DNA of 64,000 nucleotides from Mobula hypostoma. Its lineage: Eukaryota. Position numbers and translations under genes: made by a program. This document shows, in pieces, positions 51,801-62,728 of this stretch. The notes below the pieces were generated by a model. The model had not been told where the DNA came from and ran no database searches. It was given only the letters and a program-made list of their open reading frames with translations. The stretch covers positions 93,994,001-94,058,000 of the forward strand of contig NC_086107.1 of NCBI RefSeq assembly GCF_963921235.1, written 5' to 3'. Each line of letters begins with the position of its first letter. The stretch's first letter is position 1.

Positions 51801-54800
51801 TAAACCTGATTCTGATTTGGGTCTCTGTTGTGGACTGAGAGTGGGAAGGGGGCAGGGAGAGGGGAATCACGGTTGGGAAAAGGGGAAGGGAGAGCGAAGC
51901 ACCAGAGAGACATTCTGTAATGATCAATAAACCAGTTGTTTGGAATCAAATGACTTTGCCTGGTATCTCAGGGCTGGGTGTGTCTGCACCTGCACCAACC
52001 CCCACCTGCCCTTGGCACTCCTTCTCTGCCATCTGTCCTTCTGTGGCACTCCACCCTCACCAATCCCAACATTCTTTGCTCCCGCCAGATTTACAAACTC
52101 ACTCTCCACTCCACATTGACAAATACAATACTGTACAAAAGTCTTAGGCACCCTAGCTACGCAGTATGTATCATGTTCCATAGTCTTTCACTTTCCTCTT
52201 TTAATTCACCATTTTATTGATTCCTGTATGTTGTGTGCATTTGAAATGGCTATATCTATTAAGTAATTTGCTCTTGCTTGTTTAAGCTGTAATATTATAT
52301 CAAGACCGGACAGTTATTATGGATCATCCTGTCTGTAATAATGGATCAGTCATAATATAATTTGTAGGGCCCTGACTCGAAGACCAGATCAGGCTTGTAT
52401 TTATAGTAAGGAATGGTGCCTTTTTTTAAGATTGTATCTTAAAGCAGGATTTTGGTGAATGATGTTTGCCTCTTGACTGGGCCTGTATAAGTAATCAGAT
52501 TGAGTTAGATTGCTACAGGATCATGTAATATTATAATTCAAAAAAGTACTGTACTATTATTATTTTGTTTCTCTGCGCTAAATTTGTGTCTCTGTGGTTA
52601 CTGTTCCTCCAACTCATATGGAAGCTTTCCCTTCATTATGACACAAAACCTGTCTATACTTCTTGTTGCCTCGGTTAGTAGTCAGCAGGATCAAAGACCC
52701 CACCCACTTCAGACACTTTCCCTTCTCTCCCCTCTCATTGGGCAGAAAATATGTTGCTTGAAAGAACACACACCAGGCTCAGGGACAATTTCTACCCCAC
52801 TAAAACGATTCACAGTCCTCTACTACAATAAAATTGACTTGACTCACAATCTATCTTGTTTTGACCTTGCTCTTTAACATTTACCTGCACTGCATTTTCT
52901 CTGTAACTGTAGTTTATTCTGCATTGGTACATTGTTTTACCTTGTTCCAGCTCAATGCATTGTGCTAATGATCTGATCTGAATGAACAGTATGCAAGTCA
53001 AGCTTTTCTCTGTATCTCGGTACGTGTCCCTAATAAATCAATTACCAATACTTCTACTCAATTGCCCATGACTTTCTCTGTGCAGTACTGGTCCCTCTTG
53101 CGTGCAGTCACAGATGATTAGATTAGATTAGATTATGAGGACACGCAGTCCTCTTTTATTGTCATTTAGTAATGCATGCATTAAGAAATGATACTATGTT
53201 CCTCCAGTATGATATCACAGAAACACAGGACAAACCAAGACTGAAAAACTGACAAAAACCACATAATTATAACATATAGTTACAACAGTGCAAAGCAATA
53301 CCATAATTTGATAAAGAGCAGACCATGGACACGGTAAAAAAAAGTCTCAAAGTCCCGATAGCCTCATCATCTCACGCAGACGGTAGAAGGGAGAAAACCT
53401 CTCCCTGCCATGAACCTCCAGTGCTGCAAACTTGCCAATGCAGCACCCTGGAAACACCCGACCACAGCCAACTCTTGAGTCCATCCAAAAACTTCGAGCC
53501 TCCGACCAGCCCTCCGACACCGAGCACCGAGTACCATCTCTACCGAGCGCTTTGACCCCGGCCCCAGCAACAGGCAATAGGCAAAGCCGAGGATTTGGGG
53601 CCTTCCCCTCCGGAGATTCTCAATCGCACAGTAGCAGCAGCAGCGCAGCAGGCATTTCAGAATTTTCTCCAGATGTTCTTCCGTGCTTCTCACGTCCATC
53701 TCCATCAAATCAGGATTGTGCACAGTACCTACTTAACAAATACCGATATCATTTCGGAGCGGCCATGCGCGCTGCGTCACACTGCCGTCTTCTCCTCCCC
53801 TCCATAGATGATACTGCAAACCCTGACACTATGACCCCCGCACCCCCCCAACTGCCCCTCCCACCAACACACCACCCCAGGATGGCAAGCAGAGAGAAAG
53901 AAAGCTCCCTTACCAGACAACCACAGCTCCGTCTTCTGACACCTCACATTCAAACTCAACCCGGTCATCCACGTACACATGCTGGTCGTCCAGGGGCACG
54001 ACGACGGTGACAGGCGGTTCTGAGAGAGAAACAGTGTTTACAGAGGGCACTGGGATCTCAGCTTCCGTCTCCGGGAACTGAAGAACCAAGCTGAGCAGCA
54101 AGGGAAAGGCATTTAAAGTTTCTTTAAAAAATCTTTAACAGACAGCACCTTAAGGACCCTCACTATCTGTCAAGTTGAAGGAGCAACACCTCATATTCTG
54201 TCTGACTAGCCTCCAACCTGCTGGCATGAAAACCAACATCTCAAACTTCCAGTAATCTCTCCCCCCTCCCTCCCTCTCTCTTGTTTCATTCACCAATCTT
54301 GTTCCCCTCTCTCCCCTTCCCTCTCCTCCCCTGTCCATGTCGTCCCACTGGTGCCCTTGTCCCTTCCTTTTCTTCCTTGGTCTACTTTCCCCTCCTATCA
54401 AATGTGTTCTTCTTCAGCCCTTTACCTCTTCCACCTATCACCTCCCAGTTTCTCACTTCATCCCCCTCCTCCACCCATCCACCTTCACCACCATGCCCCA
54501 AACCTGGTCTCACCTATCACCTACCAGCTTGTACTCCTCGTCCTCCTCCCCCCAACTTCACTTCTGGCTTCTGCCCCATTTCTTTCCAGACTCTGAAGGG
54601 TCTCGGCCTGAAACAACAAATATTTATACCCCTCCGTAGATGCTGCTTGACCTGCTGTGTTCCTCCAGCATTTTATGTGTGTTGCCTGCCACGGCCGACC
54701 GTCCAATTCACCACCCACTCTCAATTTCTCTCCACAATCCTCAATTCCTTAAGCATTACACCTTCTTCCTGACTTCCTCAGCTGACATCCACTGGCCTCC

Positions 54801-57800
54801 ATCCCATTTTTAATCAACAGTCTGAGATTCTAGGACCAGAGGGCACAGCCTCAGAATAAAAGGACGTCCCCTTACAACAGAGATGAGGAGGAACTTCTTT
54901 ATCCAGAGGCTGGTGAATCTGTGGAATTTATTGCACGGACACCTGTAGAAGCCAAGTCACTGGGTATATTTAATGCGGAGTTTGATAGGTTCTTGATTAG
55001 TAAGGGTGTCAAAGGTTATGGGTGAAGGCAGGAGAATGGGGTTGAGAGGGATAATAAATCAGCCATGATGGAATGGCAGAGCAGACTCGATGGGCCAAAT
55101 GGCCTAATTCTGCTCCTTTGTCTGATGGCCACCCCATTTCCTTTTCCCATTTTGCCCATCTCTTCCGATATTAAATTTCCAGCCCTTGTCACCTTGCAAG
55201 CACCTCTCTGTAAGGTCATTTTGATCATGACCTTTAATATGCCCACCATTGCCTCATTCCAAAGCTTGCGTGCATTCTCAGTTTTGTTCTTTCACCATTT
55301 ATTCCTGCCGTGTCACGAACGGGGGGACACTGGCTCAGTTGTGTGCACTTTCCCTTCCTGACGCACTCACTACCCACATCATGATTGGCCTGACTTTCTT
55401 TTCCTTAGCTTCCCACAAAGGAGACAGAGCGTGGCCACTTGTTTCGATCTGCTCTCAGCAGATCTATTCATTATGAGGTCGACTGACAGTGATTTATTGA
55501 ATAGACCTTGTCAACCAAAGCCAAATCTTCCTTCTGAGGTCTCGTCCCAGTCAAGCATTTCAGTAAAAAGCAGAGCAGTGTGCTGGCTTTCATTAGTCAA
55601 GGGACTGCTTTGAAGAACTGCACGGTAATGTTGCAGCTCTAAAAAAATCTTGATTGGACCAAAATTGGAATATTGTGTTCGGTTCTGGTCACCTCATTAT
55701 AGGAAGGATGTGGAAGATTTAGAGAGGGTGCAGAGGAGATTTACAAGGATGCTGCCTGGATTAAAGAGCATGTCTAATGAGGATAGTCCAAGTAAGCTTG
55801 GGCTTTCTTCTTGAGAGGTGAATTGACAGAAGTGTGCTAGATGACACGAGGCACAGATCAGGTGGCTATCCAGAGACTCTTTCCCAGGGCAGAAATGGCT
55901 AATACAAGGGGGCATAATTTTAAGGTGATTGGAGGGAAGTATGGGGGGGGGGACATCAGTAGTTTTACTTTACATGGAGATTTTATAGGCGCTGGAAAGT
56001 GGTGGTGGTAGAGGCAGATACATGAGGGACATTTAAGAGACTCCTAGATAGGACAATAGAACAACGGAGGGCTATGTGAGGGAGAAGAGTTAGACAGATG
56101 TTAGAATAGGTTAAAAGATCTGCACACCATCATGGGCTGAATGGTCTGTACTGGGCTGTAATGTCCTTCGTTCTTCCTGTTAATTATAATCATTCTATTC
56201 TTAAACCTCAATTCTACCACTCTAGGAATTACTGACAATATTCTCCTAAACTGGTTTACAGGTCTAGCCATCTTCTAACCACCTGAAGGGACCGACCTCC
56301 ATCACGAAAGCCAACCTCCCCTCCGCTGGCCTGGGGAAGCAGCCAACCTAATCCTGTCCCACACCGGCCATCCTCTCTTTTCTCCCCCGCCATTGGGAAG
56401 AAGACACAAAAGCTTCAGAGCACATACCAGCAGACCCAAGGGCAACTTCTACCTGCCGTTGGAAGACTCCTGAATGGATCTCTGATAGGCTAAAAGACCG
56501 TCTCTTGATCTCCCAGTTTGCTTCATAATGACACTCGCACCTTACTGTCCCTCTGCACTACACTTTCTCTGTAACTGTAACACTACAACCCGCATTCTCT
56601 TACTGTTTTCCCATGTGCTAACTCAATCAATTACCAAGCACCTCCCCAAAACCTGACAGTCCAAGCCCTACTGCAGGGCATTCGTTTAAAATGAGGTGGG
56701 GGGGGGTATGTTTAAAGATGAGCAGGGCAGTTTGATTTTTAAACACATAAAGTGGTAGGTGTCTGGAGTGTGTTGCCAGGAGTGATGGAACACAGAACAT
56801 CGAACAGTACCACACAGTATACGGCCCACCATGTTGTATCAGCCAATATAAACCTACTCCACAATCAATCTTGCAATTCCCTCCGACACAGCCCATCATC
56901 ATCATCATCAATATGTGCCATGTCATATGACATCATCATTATGTGCCATGTCATATGACCATAAGACATGGAAGCAGAATTAGGCCATTTGGCCCATCGA
57001 GTTTGCTCTGCCATTCCATCATGGCTGACTTATTATCCCTCTCAACCCCTTTCTCCTGCCTTCTCCCCGTAACTTTTGACATCTTTACTAATCAAGAAGC
57101 TGTCAACCTCTACTTTAAATATACCCAAAGACTTAGCCTCCACAGCCGCTGTGACAATGACTTCCACAGATTCACCATCCTCTGGTTGAATTAGTTCAGC
57201 ACAGCTCTACGGGCTGAACAGCCTGTCCCTGTGCTGCAGAGTTCTACGTCTGGAACACTGCTCGAGTTCTCAGACTCTGACTGTTATGTGGAGAACTGGT
57301 GACAGTTCTACCTGCCCACCGCTCACAAAGCGCCTCCCACCAGCCCCGGCTACTGAAGATTACAATGAAGCTTCACTAACCCCTTACAAAAAGCTCAGCG
57401 GTACACTTATCTTCTCCGATAATGCACTCGTATTCTGCGTCGTCAGCCAGGGTGCAGTTCTTGATGGTCAGAACTCTCTTCAGCCCGATAACCTCAAAGA
57501 TGTACCTGTCGACGGCAGGAAAAGAGCAAGTGAGGAAATGTGCGAAGAATCAGAATTAGAATCATGTTGTACATCATGAAATTTGTTGGGTTTTGGCAGC
57601 AGTACATTAAAATTATGATAAATTTAGAGTTATATAACTCTATGATTTTAAATTATAATGAAAATGAATAGAAAATAAATACATATAAATATATAAAAAT
57701 AGAAAATATAAAAATAAAATGTTAAAATTTCTATGATCTGTATACAATACCATGCAAATTTCTTTGGCACATGTATCGTATATAGCGAGAGTGCCCTAAG

Positions 57801-60800
57801 ACTTTTGCACAGAACTGTAGTAATTTTATGTTTTGAACTATACTGCTGCCACTAAAAGAAAATAAATTCATAGCATATGTGAGTGATGATAAACCTGATT
57901 CTGATATGGTTCTCTATTGTGGACTGAGAGTGGAAATGGGGAAGGGAGAGAGAAGGGAGCGGGAAGCACCTGAGAGACATTCTGTAATGATCAATTAAAC
58001 AATTGCTTGGAATCAAATGACCTTGCCTGGTGTCTCGGGGCTGGGTGTGTCTGCACTTGCGCCAACCAGCCCTGGCGCTCCTTCTCTGCCACCCGTCCCA
58101 CACGCCTCCCATAGCACTCCAGCCTCGCCACTCCCAGTATCCTTTTCTTCCTCCAAATTTACAAACTTGCTCTCCACTCCACGTTGACAAATACAGTACT
58201 GTGCAAAGGTCTTGGGCACCCTAGCTGTATATATATGCCTTAGACTTTTGCAGAGTACTATTTATATATATTCTAATAAAAAATCAGTAAATTATATGTA
58301 TATAGTCCATTCAGAAACCTGATGGAAGAGAAGAAGTTGCTCCTGAAACATTGTGTGTGTCCCCTCAGGCTTCTGTACCTCCTACCTGATGGTGTTACCA
58401 CATGATGTCAAGACGATGTCTAAATTGGATGCCTCAGTGAGACAACAGGTAGATCCCATGCCTCATAATAACCCAGGTTGAAGCCCAACCTCCAGTGCTG
58501 TCTGCGTGGAGTCTGCAAGTTTTCGCCGAGACCGTGCAGATCTCCCCCCACACCCCCCCCCCGGTTTCCCCCCACATCTCAACGATGTGAAAGTTGGTGG
58601 TTTAATTGGCTGCTGTAACTTGCCCCTTGGGTGTGGGTTGAGGGGTGGAATCTGGGAAGAAGGGATGGGGATGTGATTACGGGTAAATAACTGGGGGATC
58701 AGGACTAATGGGATTGCTCTGATAGCCCCACAGATTCAATGGGCTGAATGGCCTCCCTACATTTTGGAGGTGTGAAATATGAGAGAGAAGAATCACTGAA
58801 CTGAATACGCTCAGTCCTTTTGCCAAGGTTGGGGAACCAAGAACCGGCGGGCATAGGTAGAGATTGAAAGGGGATCCATGGGGCGACTTTTTCACCCAGC
58901 AAACAGTCAGAGAGTGGAACAAGCTGCCAGAGAAAGGTGCTTAAAACAGGTACAATAGCAATATTTAAAAAACACTTGGATAGGAACATGGAGAGGAAGG
59001 GTTTCAAGGGATATGGGCCAAATGTGGGCAAGTGGGACCGGCTTAGATGGTCAGCATGGATCAGAGGGGCCGAAGGGTCTGTTTCTGTGGTGCATTACTC
59101 AATGACTTCAGACAAATGGATGTTTATGAGACCATAAGGTACAGGAGCAGAATTAGGCAACAGTATGAGGAACAGAAACTATGGCTGGGAAGACTGAAGG
59201 CCGAGGTTATGTTTGGAACAAAATGGAAGGAGACAGGTTTAGGATTGAAGGCCGAGGTTATGTTGGGAACAAAATGGAAGGAGACAGGTTTAGGATTGAA
59301 GGCCGAGGTTATGTTGGGAACAAAATGGAAGGAGACAGGTTTAGGAGGGGCAAACAATCTTCTTGGGGAAGTCAGCGGATAAAGGAGGAAAGGTATTGTT
59401 AATATTTTGGGTGAAAAGCGTTCAGTTCTGAACAAAACCATTAACCCTCTATCCCCCAACAAATGCCACTCAACCCACTGAGTTCCTCCAGCAGATTGTG
59501 CGTTGTTCCAATTTCCAGCATCAAGTTCAGGATCTAGTCTATCATCACTTCAATCATATCACATATACCGCCAAACAAAACAACGTTCCTCCAGACCAAG
59601 GTGCTCAAAACAATACATGTAACTCACACACACAACATGAAGTAATATTACCACAAAGAAATTAACAATCATAGGTACAGTTGTCAACAGTATAACTGGG
59701 GCTTCATGGTGAGACCTGGGTGGGAATAGGGAGTCCAGTAGTCTCATAGTGTCACAACCGTGGATTCAGCGGTGCAGTAGATACTGCAATTGCACTTGTG
59801 AATTTGCACATGTCAGCTAATTATTATTTAATCGTAATAGTATTTAACTCTATACTTGTCCTCGTAGTGCTTGTCGAGACTTGGACAGAGCACAGCAACG
59901 CTTCGCTGCCTGTTTGCGTTCGGCCTTGCCTGAGAAAGTGGACTGTCGAATCAACTGACTCTGAAGACGAGCGGTATTCGTTTAATGTTTAGATTTTCTT
60001 TTCAGCCACAGTGTAGGCTTCGTTTCTCATTTGAGAATTTTAGTTAACAGCCCTATTTGGCCTAGGGTTTATTGTTTATTTTCCCTTTAACACTGTTCAC
60101 ATTGAAGTTTGTGAACTATTGACCTGCTTCAGTGTCTCTCACGCCGCACTTGGGCCATATCCGAACCTGGTAACACATGGCCTGGGAGAAGAAGCCGTTT
60201 CCCATCCTAACAGTCCTTATCCTAATGCTATCATACCTCGCACCTGATGGTAGAAGATCTAAGAGATTGTTGGATGGATGAGAGAGATCCTTGAGAATGC
60301 TAACACAGCGCTCCTGGTAATTAGCTCGGGTGGGTGGAAGACAGACCCCCCCACCCCCCTTGATTATCTCAGTAGTCCTCACAGTCCTTTGTAGGGTCTA
60401 GCAGTAATCTGCAGTATCTTGTACCCCATGTGTAGGAGGGAGTTGGGCTGCTGGTTGGGTTCTGAAACTGGAATTTTGTGACTGCCACGACAGTGAAGGT
60501 AGAACCATTCCTGCTGAATCTTAATAATCAGGTCAAAAATTCAGAATCCCAAGCAAAATGCAAAAATTTGTACAAGTAAGGATTCAAAAGGCTGTAGACA
60601 CTGGGATCTGGATTAACAAATATACCTCTGGAGGAACTCAGCTCAGCAGGTAGCATCTATGGAGGGAAATGGACAGTCAAAACATTTCCAGATGAAGGGT
60701 CATGGCCAGAGACATTGACTAGCCATTTCCCACCACAGATGCTGCCTGACCTGCTGAACTCCTCTAGGATCGTGCCTGTTGATACAATGTGTTGGACCTT

Positions 60801-62684
60801 GTGAAGGGCATTATTTCACCACCTGGTGGTAGAGGTCTGCCAATGCAGTGACAGGGAAAGGTCGACATAGGAGTTTCCATTATAGAGTCATTGAGCAAAA
60901 AAACAGGCCCTTTGGCCCATCTAGTTCATGCCAAGCTGTTATTCTGTCTAGTCCCATCGGCTTGCACCTGCACCATAGTGTTCCACACCCTTTTCATCCA
61001 TGTATTTATCCAAATTACTGTTAAATGTTGAAATCGAACCCACATCCGCCACTTCCTCCAGCAGCTCATTCCACACTCTCACCACCGGCAGAGCGAAGAA
61101 GTCCCCAACTACCAGGAAATCCCGACACGAAAATCTGAACCATCGGCAACAGAGTTAGAATTTTAACAGGGTGCTGATGAAGATCTGGGCTATCACAGCA
61201 GATAATCATCTCCAGAGCACTGTCACGCCAACGTACCTGCCACTTGGCCGGATTTCCTTTCCATTCTTCAACCACTTCACCTCCAGGTTGGGCCCTGCTA
61301 TCTCCACCATCATTCGGATTTTGTTGCCTTTGTCCACCTGGTACTGACTCTCCAGCCTCTTGGCGAAAGCTGGATGGCGTCAACGAAAGAGAAAGAACAG
61401 AAATAAAATAACTAACAGGTAATCAGTTCTGCAAGCATTTTTGTAAACTAGGCACAAAAAGACGAAGTACGAGGTCAATGGCAGGATTAATAGGAACAGA
61501 GGAACGTTGCGGGGTTCACTTCCATAGATCCCTCAAGTTGCCAAGCAACCTGGTTGTTAAGGAGGTGTATGGTTGGGCCGGCTGGTGGCGCAACGACATC
61601 GGCGCCGGACCCAGGAGCGGAGGTTCCTGGGTTCAAAACTAGTCAGGTCCACCCCCGAGCACGCTTTCCATCCGTGCTGGGTTGAGTGTCAAGACCGCAA
61701 CTCGACCTTGTAAAACAAAGGGAAAATACTGTGAAGATGTCTGTGTGAGGAGTAGCACGCCACACCGTCTCTCTCTCGCTCAGCGCCTTGGAAAAAAAAG
61801 CCATGAAAAATCCACCACCACGGATGCACGCAGGCACACGCAGACGCAGACGCACAGACTCGCACGCACGCAGGCACACACCAAAAAAAAAGAAGGCGTA
61901 TGGTGCGCTGGCCTTCATTAGTAGGGGGATTGGGATCAAGAGCAGCAAGATAATGTTTTAGTAATTTAGACATACAACGCGAAATTGGCTCTTCCGGTCC
62001 AATGATCCACTCTGCCCAACAACCTACCTACTTAACACTAGCCTGATCACAGGACAGTATACAACGACTGATTAGCCTACTAACTGGTGCGCCTTTGGAC
62101 TGTGGGAGGAAACCAGAGGACCTGGAGGAAACCCACGCAGTCACACGGGGAGAACGTGCAAACTCCACGCAGGTGGCGGCAGAATGGAACTCCAAACTCC
62201 GAAACACCCCAAACCATGATAATGTCGCGCTAACTGCTACGCTACCACAGCGCCCCTATCGGCAGCTCCATAAAGCTCAGGTTAGACCACACTTGGGAGT
62301 ATTGCATTCAGTTCTGGTCGCCTCATGATAGGAAGGATGTGGAAGCTTTAAGAGTGTGCAGAGAGGATATTTTGTTTCCATACACTCAGAGTCACAGAAC
62401 AATACCACACAGAAAACAGGCCCTTCAGCCATGCTGATGAAGAGCAAGTCCCATTTACCAGTGTTTGGCCCATATTCCTCCAAATCCTTTTCTACCTAAT
62501 TAGTTATCCAAATGTCTTTTAAATGTTGTACTTCCCTCAACCGGTTCCTCTGGCAGCTCATTCCATATATTCAGCACCCTCTGAGTGAAGACTTGCCCCT
62601 CATATTTTTGTTAAATCTTTCCTCTCTCACCTTCAGCCTATGCTCTCTAGATCTCAGTTCCCTTCCCTGGGAAAACGAGTGTGA

Positions 62685-62728
<44 letters not shown>

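Noticed and set aside
55130..55560. Non-repetitive-looking stretch (similar ones at ~16850-17090 and ~19040-19400) as possible hidden exons
   Set aside because: No splice-consistent frame; weak resemblance to very old Tx1/L1 remnants, too degraded to call
27158..60722. Other hammerhead-like motifs (~27160, ~40720, ~42400, ~54595, ~60690)
   Set aside because: Each has substitutions or deletions in CUGANGA, GAAA or the cleavage triplet, so none is called as a ribozyme
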